Shown: one piece after another, positions 25,951 to 45,675 of the stretch
Layout: each line of letters opens with the position of its first letter
Position numbering within the stretch: the stretch's first letter is position 1
Origin: Octopus vulgaris
Taxonomy: Eukaryota
NCBI GenBank assembly: GCA_951406725.2
Contig: OX597815.1
Coordinates: 35,464,001 to 35,528,000 of the forward strand
Length of the DNA stretch: 64,000 nucleotides
Direction of reading: 5' to 3'
Program-made: the position numbers and the translations under genes
The notes under the pieces: model-generated
Database searches by the model: none
What the model was told of the DNA's origin: nothing
What the model saw: only the letters and a program-made list of their open reading frames with translations

Positions 25951-26382
25951 AGGTGGCGAGCCGGCAGAAACGTTAGCACGCCGGGCGAAATGTTTAGAAG
26001 GTGGCGAGCCGGCAGAAACGTTAGCACGCCGGGCGAAATGTTTAGAAGGTGGCGAGCCGGCAGAAACGTTAGCACGTCGGGCGAAATGTTTAGAAGGTGG
26101 CGAGCCTGCAGAAACGTTAGCACGCCGGGCGAAATGTTTCGAAGGTGGCGAGCCGGCAGAAACGTTAGCACGCCGGGCGAAATGTTTAGAAGGTGGCGAG
26201 CCGGCAGAAACGTTAGCACGCCGGGCGAAATGTTTAGAAGGTGGCGAGCCGGCAGAAACGTTAGCGCGCCGGGCGAAATGTTTCGAAGGTGGCGAGCCGG
26301 CAGAAACGTTAGCACGCCGGGCGAAATGTTTAGAACGTGGCGAGCCGGCAGAAACGTTAGCACACCGGGCGAAATGTTTAGC
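25951..26382 (+). repeat. Tandem array of nine 48-bp SINE 5' heads
   Basis: Unit AGGTGGCGAGCCGGCAGAAACGTTAGCACGCCGGGCGAAATGTTTAGA starts at 25951, 25999, 26047, 26095, 26143, 26191, 26239, 26287 and 26335. There are no spacers. Confidence 0.97.
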
Positions 26383-26750
26383 GGTATTTCGTCTGCGTTA
26401 CGTTGAGTTCAAATTCCGCCGAGGTCGACTTTGCCTTTCATCCTTTCGAGGTCGATAAATTAAGTACTAGTTACGCACTGGGGTCGATGTAATCGACTTA
26501 ATACCTATGTCTGTCCTTGTTTGTCCCCTCTGTGTTTAGCCCCTTGTGGGTAATAAAGAAATGGGTATTTCGTCTGTCTTTACGTTGAGTTCAAATTCCG
26601 CCGAGGTCGACTTTACCTTTCATCCTTTCGGGATCGATTAAATAAGTACCAGTTACGCACTGGGGCCGATGTAATCGACTTAATACCTATGTCTGTCCTT
26701 GTTTGTCCCCTCTATGTTTAGCCCCTTGTGGGTAATAAAGAAATAGGTAT
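26335..26750 (+). mobile_element. tRNA-derived SINE with tandemly duplicated body
   Basis: The last array unit continues into the B box and body. The body is repeated at ~26565-26750. Same family as 23773. Confidence 0.9.
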
Positions 26751-27599
26751 ATGTATAATTGAGTGTAATTCGTTTTATCGTCTCGCTAAACAATGGAAAG
26801 TAAAGGAACTTGACAGGATTTGAACTCAGAAACTAAATGGATGTAACTAAGTACTACCGGTCCACCGACTTTACGTCACCACTGCCTTTCTATTGATTTT
26901 ACCGCACTCGTAATAATGGTGATGATAATGAGTGTCCTTAACATAAACACAAGACCTCACATTTTGAGCGATGCGATTTAGTTGTTTATATCTATCCCAG
27001 TAAATGGCTAGTACTTCATCTATTCAACTCCGGAAACATAAACAGAAAAGCTGACCTCAGCATGATTTGAACGGAGAATGTGAGGAGCCTATAAAAATAC
27101 TGCAAGTCACTTTATCCGGCTCTGTAACGATTTAGCCAAAAGAACAAAGGCAACGATAACATTATATTAATATTGCCACACACATATACAAGAATTATGA
27201 AGCAAATCTGAATCATTTCTCGCTTTTATGTTTTTACCGCCCCCTTTATTTTTTTCACGCTTGCCCCATAACCCACTGCAATAATTCATGTGGGGGGTGT
27301 TTTTTATGCTTTTCCAGAGGTTTTCGATGAATTCTTTGCAAACAGATTATTATTTTTTCCTTCCTTTCTTTCGTGTAATTAGTCAATAGACATGTGGGTT
27401 GTTGTCTGGAATCGGTCGTGCTGCAAAGAAAATCGATTTGAGTCAGAGAAATGACGTCATTGCAAGAACGCTCGATCAATGAAAAGTCTGCTGGCTATGG
27501 CAGTACATATAGACTAGACAACACTGAGAATTTTTTTTTTCCGTATTAAATACTAGTCCTGTTTATATATATTCATATTATGGTTTGTATGTTTTAGTA

Positions 27600-27675
27600 C
27601 ATGCTTGTGTGTGTGTGTGTGTGAATGTGTATGTATATATAGAAAACATATAAATATATACATATATACGTGTGT

Positions 27676-27717
<42 letters not shown>

Positions 27718-27824
27718 TGCTTGTATGTACTATGTACGTATGTATGTAGACAGACAGACAGACAAACAGACGGATGGATAGATGGATGGATGGATGGATG
27801 GATGGATGGATGGATGGATGGATG

Positions 27825-27891
<67 letters not shown>

Positions 27892-27921
27892 CGATAGATG
27901 GATGGATGGATAGATGGATGG

Positions 27922-27952
<31 letters not shown>

Positions 27953-28045
27953 GATAGATAAATAAATATTCATTATACATGGTGTGAGCGTGGGTGTACA
28001 TGTGTATGTATGTGTGTGTGAGTATTTGTGTTTGCGTGTGTGTGT

Positions 28046-28102
<57 letters not shown>
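27600..28102. repeat. Compound microsatellite (GT)n/(GATG)n/(GATA)n/(CT)n
   Basis: Direct reading of the sequence. Confidence 0.95.
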
Positions 28103-28105
<3 letters not shown>

Positions 28106-28351
28106 GATATTAGATGCTAGATACTTCTGCCTGCAGGTATGGCTATTTAGAAGTTCGCGTTGTACCTTGGTCAAGTGTCGTCTATAGCATCAGGTTGATT
28201 AATACCGTTCGAGTAGGATTTGATAAATGGAAACAGTACAAGAGTTTGGCATATATGTTCATGTATACATACTTAAAATCATTATAAACTTAAACTCATT
28301 CATGGTGCCCCAGCATGGCCACAGCTCATAAGCTGAAACTGGAATCAATCA

Positions 28352-28414
<63 letters not shown>

Positions 28415-28662
28415 GTATCTATGCATGTAGTGTGTGTGTATATATTTATGCATGCAAATATATATGTGTATGTATGTATATATATTTATATTTATATATA
28501 TATATATATATATGCTTAATACATATATGATTACATATACATGTGCATACACAAATTTGCAACACTTCTTATATGCATATGTATACTGGGTATGTATAAA
28601 AGCAGGCCATTACATGCTTGCACACACTTATATATATGAGTGTGTGTGTGTGTGTGTGTGTA

Positions 28663-28732
<70 letters not shown>

Positions 28733-28749
28733 TGTGTGTGTGAACTAGC

Positions 28750-31010
28750 TAACACTCTCGCAAACGCATTTATTGAGGGAAACGTCAATGTACTTAACAC
28801 CTCCGGGTATCAAAATGGTACCGATCGGGTGACGGGTAGTGACACAAAGCACACTCTCTTTACGTGGTAAACAATCCACACCAATACACGTACACATATC
28901 TCGCCAAAACTCTTCTCTTGGCATGACTTGCTCCTCTCCACACCTAGCTACTACCACTACTACTACTACAGCCAATAGACAAAAAATTCTTTAACAACTT
29001 TCTTTTCGGATCACCTACCAATTTTCATCACAAAACACTCGTACACGAATGAACAGAGCAAAACAAAAATGTACAGTACAATGAGTTCCACCAAGAAATG
29101 AAATCCAAGAAATGGAATCTACAAAATAATTCTTGATGCATTTAAAATGAGGCAACATCAATAATTACACACCAGAAATAGGTCTCATTAAAACCAGAAA
29201 GAACCCCAAACACGACACAACAAAACTACACTATACCAAAAGTCAGCCTCGAATTAAACAAGGAAATAAAATATAATAATTATTGGCTAAACTGGCAATA
29301 TAATAAATCATAGCAAAATAGAAAACTGGCTAACACTTGTATCCAATATATACCTATTTCTTTACTACCCACAAGGGGCTAAACACAGAGGGGACAAACA
29401 AGGACAGACAAACGGATTAAGTCGATTACATCGACCCCAGTGCGTAACTGGTACTTAATTTATCGACCCCGAAAGGCAAAGTCGGCCTCGGCGGTTTTCT
29501 TTTTTGGGAAGAGAAAAAAAAAGGAAAAAAGAAAGAAAAAGGTGCGATAGGTTTTCGATCAAAAGGGATCGTAAAAGGGAAAGAAGAAAAACACAAAAAA
29601 ACGATCAATAGGGATCGTGTATCACAGTGTCATGATATAAAATGTAAAGGGGGAAGCAGATAAGATTTATCCGGGAGAAGAAAAGCCTACGGAAAAGACC
29701 ACGGTAACCTCCGTCAATAATGTTACATGTTACCACATTTGTTTGCAAGTAGGTAACCTGCTGTTTTAAATTTACTCAAGGTGGCTTCGTCATTCATACG
29801 TGCCAGATAGATATAGATATAGATATATGCCGCATCCACCTTGGTTATAAATTTCATCTGATACCTCATGAACCAGTAAGGAAATTTTAAAACTCCCAAA
29901 TACTCAGGGCCAGACGAAATCACAAACATACACCTAAAACTTCTCGACCTAGCATTTTTTACATTTACAGAATCAAGAAGCTGGACAAAACTGAGACTTC
30001 TAAACGTAACAAAATCCCTCTTGAAGTTACTTTTGGAGATCCATCATCTTGTACACACCCTCAAAACCTCTAGATAAATTCATTCCTAACATCTGTAACT
30101 ACTTCGTGTTATGATTTAATTCAGCGTCAAATCACAACTAGAATCGATCACCACACTATTTACATATGTGACGGAAAATATACGATGGATTCGCTAACAC
30201 TTCTTACACGTGTCATTCTATCATCAACTCAGCAGTAAAGCTTTCGACTCTGTTTCCCGCTCTCCGCTCATACAAACAAAAATACTCAGCACCACCTTAG
30301 GAAATAACATACAACTCTATCAAGCAATTTCTTAGGCTGCCAAACCTATTCAGTGTACCAAACTTCAGAACCTGTAAATAGTGTATCAAGGGGATCTGTC
30401 CGTTCACTCACAATTTTCACTTTATGCTTACACCACCGCAAAACATACGTACAGCCTCTCGTAGACAAATGATATCACACATTTTCCCACCATTTTTCAA
30501 ACACTGCTCTACAACCACTCCGAGTCTATTTAGATCACTCAGAAACTTGATTCCTCGACAGATTCAAATTAGGGCATAAATTAAATCAAATACAACCAAC
30601 TACCTCACTCGACAGTGTACATATACCGAGCGCGCGCAAGACACACACAGAAGACAAAAATATTAGGAATTACATACAAGTCCTCCACAACATTTGCAAC
30701 GCATAGAAGACATAATAAAAAACGCAAGACTATGCACAAGCAGTAAAGGTGTCATTTCATAACAGAAAGACGCAACAACAATGGTGTACAAGCAACATAT
30801 TAAATCACGGACTGTGTCAGGCCTGCCTGGGCCCCAATTTTCTTTACAACAAAGCACAACAAACTCAAAGAGGACAAACAGTGTACTACACGTCACAAAA
30901 CAGTGCACCAAACCTCCTGGCCACTTACACAACAAAAACAAAATGCTAAAAATAATAGACCTCCTCGACTGGTACAGTTTGCTGTAGCTCAACCAGCCAA
31001 TCACTACCAC
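28750..31010 (+). pseudogene. Heavily decayed non-LTR retrotransposon, interrupted by younger insertions
   Basis: SKAFDSV at ~30234-30254 and a VSRGSVRSLT match to the GVPQGSVLSP motif at ~30383. The sense strand is A/C-rich. Boundaries are uncertain. Confidence 0.45.
29353..29495 (-). mobile_element. SINE 3' part (same family as 23773)
   Basis: Reverse complement of the SINE body and tail (TACCTATTTCTTTACTACCCACAAGGGGCTAAAC...). Confidence 0.85.
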
Positions 31011-31064
31011 TACATTAAATGCCTTCCAAACATAAAGATACATATATAAAAAAATCTTTCTAAA

Positions 31065-31216
31065 AGCATAATGAACACATACAAGCATAATGAACACATA
31101 TAAGCATAATGAACATATACAAGCATAATGAACATATACAAGCATAATGAACATATACAAGCATAATGAACATATACAAGCATAATGAACATATACAAGC
31201 ATAATGAACACATACA
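31065..31216. repeat. Minisatellite, 8 x 19 bp (AGCATAATGAACATATACA)
   Basis: Direct reading; period 19. Confidence 0.95.
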
Positions 31217-32749
31217 CACAGAAACAGGCAACATCAGCAGCTTCACTGACCTTGCTACGTTGTAATATACAATGCACACTACTAGCTATAAGTACAGAGT
31301 AGCAATAACTACCTCGTTCACCTCCACTGAGGCTACCACAATAATTTTGTGTGAAAAGGAATAGACTAAACATTGAAGAGAATGCAATATGTTCACACTG
31401 ACACGCTGCACTTCATGCTATTCTTCAATGCATGTAGACGAGCGTAGTGTGATCCTTATAAGAAGACATGGTATCACTAAGAAAATTGATTTGTGAGTCG
31501 CACTTCGACCGACAACCTGTATTCCATAAAACTGCTTGAGTAGGACTGACCTAAGGGAACACATCAACATCAGCTGCCAGCAGGGGCTCACTCTTATTCA
31601 ACAATACCAGAATGTTTCCTCTAACAAAAAACAAACTTTGCATCCATCGACTCAACCAGATTGAAGGTATTTTCCAATATTTATTTAGAAAGGTAGATTG
31701 AAAGAATCGGTAAAGCGCAAGAAAATGACATGCATGCTCTCACATCAAACTAATTCACAACACAAGATTTTCACAAACTCTTTTTCTGTATTTAAAAAAA
31801 AAATGTGTCAACTTATGTTACAGGCTTAAGTCTACAAGACAAAAACATGTCTTTAGTTGTCCCTTGCCTGCAAAGATCACACATTTTCCTGAGCATGTAA
31901 ATAAACTTTGACTTATTAATTCTTAATCTTTTTTAAAATTATCTCTCTTTTTCTTTAGAAGTCACTAAAATTGTCACTAGGCCTTTGTTTTCTTTCTCCA
32001 GCTAAAAAGGAAATTTCAGTCAACTAAGAATGTCTTGCATCCAGTGCTTAATGTATGACTCTTTAATTTATTTATACAAATTCACACCATTGACTCATTT
32101 GAATTATTTCCCTTATCTCATTCTATTGTTGTTTTTTTTATTGTCTTATTGCTTTTACACTTTCCTGTGCTCTGCTTTGCATGAAGCCTTCAAACATGGT
32201 AAAATATCAATAATTTAATCTTCATTAAAGAACTGTTGTGTATAGTGTAATTTTGTTTCATGTTAAATTTTTTAGTTACCGCTTATATAATTACTATAAT
32301 TTAGTTACCCTTTCAATGCCGCGTCTCTGGTACCTAAGACGACAATTAATATAATGTCAAACGCTACCTAGCCTATGGTATGCCTGCACTTAATTATATC
32401 AGTTGTAGCATTTGATGGGTGATCATAGATGAAAGACTGCTTTATTTCAGAGAAATTATTTGGCACAGTCCCAAATTCAACGTTTTCCGCCCATTTGCTC
32501 ATAAATGACCGTCTCTGGTCGATGAAAGCATATAATCCTTACCTTTTGAGCTTGATTAAGGCAACCCACCTCACATCACCTTGCTGCACGCCGTGCTCTC
32601 CTCGAAACCTTTCGTAGTTCAGGTTTCAATTTCATTACTGTATGCTGACCACCTTTAGCTAAGCAGATAACTTACACTATTGTTTTAAGTGTGTTTATCC
32701 ACATCTTTCAAACCCCTTAAATAAAACCCTCAACTCTTAACTTCGAGTG

Positions 32750-34030
32750 ATGAACCCTATATACAGCACGTGGAGGGAATCTCTCTCTATCAGAAAACTG
32801 GAAGGTGTTTATCTATCCCTGCAACACCTACGAGACAACCATCGGTTGAATTAACTGATACATTTGTACATCGTATGACCTACAAACCGATCCCTTGTCT
32901 AGAGAATCTCTACCAACCTTACAACATCCTTCTACTCGCCATCTATTTCTTATCCCTTGGATCGGTAGCCTATTTCTTATCTCTTGGATCAGATCGCACC
33001 GCTTCAGCATATGTTGACGGAGTTCATTCTGTTTCATTTTCAATCAACTCTTGTGTTCGATAGACTTCGGTGCTGTCCCTGACTCTCTTTCTTCGATGCA
33101 TTAATGACCTACTTTCCACCAAATCCGACAACACCGTTTATGCAAATGTCAGGATCCTTCATTCTTAACCATGCATTATTTACATGCAACCTAAATATCA
33201 CACGCCAGATCTGTATTGATTCCATAAACGGAGCAATCTCCTACGGAGTCATGCGTACTTTATCTCTTAACTTCCAAACAAGCTCAAGCACTACTTATAT
33301 TAAGAAAACACCTCATCCCTTCGACTCGACCCTTCACATTTGCTCCAAATGCTGGGTTTCACTATTACCGAGGATTTCTCTTGACGAAAGCACAACTTTA
33401 GCATAGCTAGGACCGCATCCCAGAAAATATAACCAGAATACATTTCAGTCACCAACAGCTGCCGACACTACAAGGCACAATTGAGACCTACATTGAGTTC
33501 TGCGTTTACATCTGGGGTGGTGCTACTGGCACGCACACTGACTTTCTGGATTGTTATTGGAGAAGAGCCATTCGGCTGATTGACATTCCATCACCAACGG
33601 GCACACTCCAGTTTCTGGTTAACAGAAATGATGTTTCCACTCCCTCCCCCTCTCTCTCCCTTACTCTTTCTCTTCTTTTCCTCTCTCTCTCTCTCTCTCT
33701 CACTCTCCCTATTTCTTTCTCTTTCTCTCTCCCTTATACTCTTTCTCTTCTTTTTTCCTCTCTCTCCCTTTTTTCACTCGCTATTATAATGGGGTTTGCT
33801 CCTCGAATTTGGCATGTCTAGTAACACTCCTACTCAGACACACTCGACCAACTCTTCTCTCCACTTCCCGTCACCCTTGATTCATCCAACCACTTTTTCC
33901 CCTACCTAATCACTAACCCAATCCCTCGTCCTTCATACATTATCCCTAGGAACTTCCTCCCCATTCATATCTTTTCTACTGGTGTTGACCTGCAAGTGTT
34001 TAAACGGAACATTAACGACATCAAACTCAT
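32750..34030 (+). pseudogene. Decayed CR1-group LINE RT and C-terminus
   Basis: LSLTLFLRCIND at ~33072-33108 and YKAQLRPT..EFC..IWGGA at ~33470-33525. Many frameshifts, with a (CT)n insertion. Confidence 0.6.
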
Positions 34031-34212
34031 CAGTCTCAGGGACCTGCAAGGGGTCACAGGCCCTTTTCTTTGCTCCAGACTCAGCATGCAGAACAATGCC
34101 CCACTTTGATATATTGTTCATGCTTTATCATTCGCTCCTTTTGTCTTGTTTGTACTAATAATGCGTGTGTAAGAAAGAGAGAGAGAGAGCGTGTGTGTGT
34201 GTGTGCGCGCGC

Positions 34213-34277
<65 letters not shown>

Positions 34278-34672
34278 ACCCACCACTCGTCAGTCGTTGT
34301 TGGCTTGTTGACGTTCCCGTTGTACAGTGCGGTTCGGCAAAGAAACTGATAGAATAAGTACCAGGCTTTAAAAAAAATAAATGCTGGGGTTGATCTGCTC
34401 GACGAAAACCCTTCAGGGCAGAGCCCCACCCTCTCCTATATGGCTGCAGTCCAATAATGAAAGCAAGTAAAATTAGTTTCTTCTAATTAGGTTGATTAAT
34501 CTACAATTCGACGAGGTGGAAAATATGGCGATTTGAAGTTCATGACATTTCTAAGGATATTATTGGAGTAGATGAAATGAAATTGCTTGCAACCAAACAG
34601 TGGTCTTGACTCGGGACTAAGAAGCCTCTGCGTAGTCGCTCAACCTGCTAGAAATAGCAACCAAGTTTCTGG

Positions 34673-34990
34673 CATTCCGTCGGTTAATACGACGAGGGTT
34701 CCAGTTGATCCGATCAATGGAACAGCTTGCTCAAGAAATTAACGTGCAGCTGAATGAGTACTCCACAGACATGCGTACCCTTAACGTAGTTCTCAGGGAA
34801 ATTCAGCGTGACAAAGAATGTGATAAGTCTGGCCCTTTGAAATACAGGTGCTAGTCATTTTTGGCAGATGAGCGACTGAAGCAACATGAAATAAAGTGCT
34901 TTGTTCAAGGACACAACAAGTCCTGGGAATTGAACTCACGATCGTAAGGTCGTGAGCCGAATACCCTAACCACTAAGCCACGCGCCTTCA
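34673..34990 (-). mobile_element. tRNA-derived CORE-like SINE (second family)
   Basis: Reverse-complement homologue of 48641-48960. Confidence 0.85.
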
Positions 34991-35789
34991 CTCCGAATTT
35001 CTAATGCCTTAGAAAAATAGGCTTATTTGATAATTTGGTGTTGAAAAATGAATCGAGAATGGAAGGCATTTCATATAGATCGTCTCGATATTGGTTAAAC
35101 AGCTGGAAGTAAATATCGAACTCGAAATTTTTGGTTTGCTTTTGACAACATAGGAAGGTTCTGAATTTTAAGAGTAAGATTATCCATTGTTGTGATGTTC
35201 ATGCATCAACAAAAGAGTTTAGTAACAAGGTAGATAATCCTCAGCATATAACTGATACCTTTGAATCTCTAATGGCATATGTGGTGAATAAATATAATTC
35301 ATCATTCAGGATGATACGAACTCGGTACCTCATGTGGCCTGCTCTAAAACACCGAAGTTAAACGTCTCTAAAAATTTACTCCGATATCTACCATTCTCAC
35401 CAAACTCCCAATCTACAGAAAACACTTCTCAGAAAACATTCATACATTCATATGGATATACAAGAAATATGGGAAAGCATTGTATGTTAATATGTCAAAG
35501 ATTTAAAGGAAGATTGTGAATGTTATGTCGAGGAAACTTACTCAATATATTGGACTACTTCCAAATAAGATGAAGAATTTATTTCTATTTTCATTTGTTT
35601 ATTATTATCTTTTTTTTTTTTTTTAGATTTTTCACAGTTTCTCAGCATTATATTTTATTTGATTTGATGTTGCACTATAAATGAACTTGCAGTTATTTTA
35701 GTTAGGGACTTTTTTTTATCTTTTATTGGAAATATTCAACGCTTCTGAATATATCAATATATGTGTTAGTTTCTGTAAACATATAAATA

Positions 35790-38790
<3,001 letters not shown>

Positions 38791-39149
38791 GAATGAACCT
38801 GTGCTATGCATGTATATTCAATAAATCACGAATTTATCTGGTATGGTTCTAAATATACCAATATTCGTATTTATTGTCTATATTTATGCTAGTAGCCGCT
38901 CAAAGTTATTTTTTTAAACTCATTTTCTTTTGATATTACAGACACACACACTCGTATAATTCTTATATATAGGCATGTATGTATATATAAGAATTTGATA
39001 AACTCTCGAGAGAACGGGAAATAATACTTTTTGGGAATAGTATTTCTCGAAGTGCACACGTAAAGCTATAAACAACAGAATGTAAATATTGGGTCGAAGA
39101 TCCCTTTGGGAGAGAAAAATTCGAAGGCATTTTCGACCAGAATACCAGT

Positions 39150-39390
39150 ACGCTTGGTGGTTAGGGTGTCAGCATCATGATCGTAAGATTGTGGTTTCGA
39201 TTCCTGGACCGGGCGACGCGTTGTGTTCTTGAGCAAAACACTTCATTTCACGTTGCTCCAGTCCACTCAGCTGGCAAAAATGAGTAACGCTGCGATGGAC
39301 TGGCGTCCTGTCCAGCTGGGGAACACATCCGCCATTGAAACCGGGAAACCAGGCCCATGTGCCTGGCTAGGCTTGAAAAGGGCGCATTTA
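39150..39390 (+). mobile_element. tRNA-derived CORE-like SINE, variant tail
   Basis: TGGTGGTTAG (A-box part), GGTTTCGATTCC (B box) and TGTGTTCTTGAGCAAAACACTT (CORE-like). Confidence 0.75.
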
Positions 39391-39412
39391 TTTTATTATA
39401 TATATATATATA

Positions 39413-40255
<843 letters not shown>

Positions 40256-41229
40256 CATATATATATACATACATACATACATACATATATACATACATAC
40301 ATACATACATATATACGCACGCACACACACGCACGCGCACACACACACACACACACACAATCGTCACTAAATGACTGAGGGTGCAAGTCAGCACCAGCAA
40401 TGCTAGAAGTAAGAGTCAAAACAACTCTTGGTCCGTGGCTAAGAGCTGTTTTGACTCTTATTTCAAGCGGCGGTGATAGTGGTGCTTCTGATGGGGTAGT
40501 GGTAGAGTAAGAGGAGAGAAAAACGACTGCTAATTCGCTGACCATTTATGTTCTTAAATTCGGTGAAATCTCTTTAAAACGTACTAGAGGTGTCCGAGTT
40601 AACCGAATGTATGCGTTAATTGAAGATACGGATTAGTACTGTATGCCTAAACGCTATTGAAGACATCTATACTGTATGCTAGACATGATTGAGAGTAACA
40701 AGATTTCAGATAATATTGTAAACATCCTACAACAGCGGTATTTTTGGCTTTTAGTCAGGTCTCCAACCGGCTGACAAATATTGGCAGACTTGCTCTGTCA
40801 ACAAGAAACTCAGGCTATCGGAGCAGGATTCTGATTGTAACTTATATGATAAACAATGAAGCTGAGATCTGTATATTTTATAAACTTATTTAACTTTACA
40901 GTACGCCTAAACCAAAAAGTTTAAATGGTAAATGGTAGATGTGTTTGATGTCATGATGTCAGAGGCGGAGGTGAATATGAAAACTATGTTTCATTGACCC
41001 TAACCCCAACTTCGTAGAAGTATGGGATCAATGTGGAAGGTTTAGGTCAATAGCAGGTGAGTCAAGTCATCAATAACAACAGCAGGCTGTGTACTGCTAC
41101 AGCAGGGTTGGAGTGAATTGGCTTGAAAAATGAGTCAATTTCCGGTTGTTTCCCTTGCTGAAGAAACCATTTCTGGAGAATGAGTTCCCTGAAATCTCTA
41201 AGGAGTTGATGATATTACTGGATATAAGT

Positions 41230-42770
<1,541 letters not shown>

Positions 42771-43595
42771 TAAAGCCAAAATGTTAAAACACAAGGCTAA
42801 TAGAAACCTAATCAACGAATATTGCATCTAGAGAACATGAACGGCATTTAAAGCTCCTATCTGCAACGAAGTTGCTATTCTAATTACTGGCCAATTTATA
42901 AGAGAAACATGATTCTGTTGAAACGTGACCAATTTCTCATCAGAATCTAAGAAATACAGTGTTCATATGACCAATTCCGATATTTTCTCATGTTTTGGAA
43001 GATCGACATAACATTAGTGCCCAGTGATTTGATAGGAAAAACAATGTCGGCTAACCATTTTAATGTATATTTTTTTTATCACTTCTGCTAATTCTTCAAT
43101 CAGCTTTGAGTGGATATTTAAGCAAAAATCAAGTCAGAACTTCTTACATTCATCAAACGAAATCAACCTGAGTCGAGAGTTTAAAATCTATTGAACCAAG
43201 AGAAAGCTTGAACCACATTGAAAATCAATCTTATGCTGGTTGACTTGCCATCTTGAAATCATCTATCACACAAGTACCAAGATACATGCATGAATATACT
43301 CAAAGACTCATTATCTGTTCCGATTTGTGAGCAGAACCAACCAAAAGGGACCAAAATAGTTTTAATGCCAACAACTTCATCACTGGTATATATTTTTGTA
43401 GAGCTTTTCTACACATATGTGATTATATTGAAAGAACTGTTACTGAAAATTCCGTCATTGAAAACTTTTACTGTTTCATGTGTTCTATAGAATGGCAAAA
43501 ATGTGGTCTACCCCATCTTTACCTATTGGTTTGGTTTAGTAAACCTATAACTGCGGTCACATTGATACCCGTACCATTTTACTGACAATTTGGCT

Positions 43596-43726
<131 letters not shown>

Positions 43727-44126
43727 TGTTTGTATGTGGGTATGCAACGATGAATTGATGTCAATGCGTTACAGCTGTTTCAAAAGAATTTTTTAATTGA
43801 TTAATGAATACATTGTATCATTATAAAAAAAAACTGTTTTCTTCAGATGAAAACATGAACTATACAATTAAGGACGTTTAAAAAATTTTTTAAACTCCAC
43901 GGCTTGTGCATATTTTGTGATTCCACAACGCTGGTCGCAGAATGAGTTTATAACCTGAATATCTTTCTGCTTTTACTTCGGTACCAATCTTTGTATTCGT
44001 CTATAGTTGCTGGGTATGCATTTTAATTTTGACTCAACCCGATGCCTTACCATTTAAATGCCTTATTCACCTGAATTTTAATATAGATAGATAGCTAGAA
44101 AGATATATATATATATATATATATAT

Positions 44127-44199
<73 letters not shown>

Positions 44200-45675
44200 C
44201 AGATAGACGGACAGACAGACAGACAGACACATACATACATACATACATACATACATACATACATACATACATACATACATACATACATGTGCGTGTGTAT
44301 TATGTATGTATATGTATCGAAAATTCATTCCACAGCATGATTATGTTTTTAAACATATTAATACTGCATGAAACTTTGAGTTCTAAGAGTACTTTTCGGT
44401 GTTTCTTTAAGTCACCTTTACACACGTATTTTACATTGTATGTGACAGCAACGACTGGACTATTTCAAAAACTATCATGATAATGGTATATTAAACACAT
44501 ACAATAGACGCATGCTGGTAATCCATATTAGATGAGTCACAAATCGTGACTTAACCTACCGGTAAAGTCACAACTAAACGATGTCTCGAGCTTTTTTACT
44601 GTATCTTGAGTAAGGGAGCCGTCTTGATTTTGTTCAGAGATTCAGCTGTAAATACAGTGAGAACTAACTCCGCTTTATCACCCCTGCTTCTATTGCATCG
44701 TTTCTCAGTTTTATACAAAAACTTTATTGCGATCAAATAATCCAGGTGACGCTGAGAATGAAGAACATAAAAACAGCTGGTTAGTCTTGCTGAGTTTCGT
44801 GATTAAAATCTGCCTACAGTTCCGAAACTGCAGTATGAATTGACTACAGTTATTGCTTCTTCACCGTTTCCTGTCCATATCACGCATGCTGACATCGTGT
44901 TAAACAATACAAGCTGTAAACAATTGCCACAATTATAAACTACCACTGCCATGGTTAACCGTGCTACACTTGATGGCTACATGACAAAATGTTAATATCT
45001 TTCAACAACGACAACGCAAGAACTTTATATTTTAAGGAGACATGAAATGGAGAATGATTTCCTTGATGGCAAAAGTGACACAAAAGAAATGATGTGAAGA
45101 AAAAAGAAATTAACAAGAACAGTTTCTATCATAAGCGCAAGGAAGCCATTAAGTCAAACCCAGTATTTGACTGATGGAATTCATTTTGTCGACAAAGGAG
45201 GGGGAAATGGCAGATCCTATCAGGCGAAATTTGAACTGAGAATGTAAAAACGTTTAAGAAAATATCGAAAAGCAATCTGTCAGCCTCCCTACCGTTTCTA
45301 CCAAATATGAAATTTTAAAAATGACATCAATTATGAGAAAAGTAATTTAAGTATCTTTACAAATGATTTCTAACAAAGGCATAAAAGTCACAAAATTGGT
45401 GTGAGTGGGGGATGTAGTCGATCAAATGGCGGTTTCAAATTTGAGGTACATGGTTTCAAATTTGGTTGGAGGTTATGATGGTTTAAATCGATTCCAGAAC
45501 TTGACTGTGGCTTTATTTTATCGAACTTTGCAGGATAAAAGTCAAAATTAATGAAAATAATAATAGTAATAAATAATGTATATATAAATATATTTAAGTA
45601 CAAAACCAGTGAATTTTAATGGGATGTATAAGTTGATTTTAGGCTTTGTGCTTATAATAAAAGGTATTATTATTA

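Noticed and set aside
25951-26382. CRISPR-like array, and the 165/167-aa repeat ORFs over it
   Set aside because: Units are contiguous with no unique spacers, there are no cas genes, and the unit is a SINE head. The ORFs simply reflect the 48-bp period.
42850-43500. Possible hAT transposase remnant on the minus strand (KWLADI-like string)
   Set aside because: The similarity is too fragmentary to support by eye and needs a profile search.
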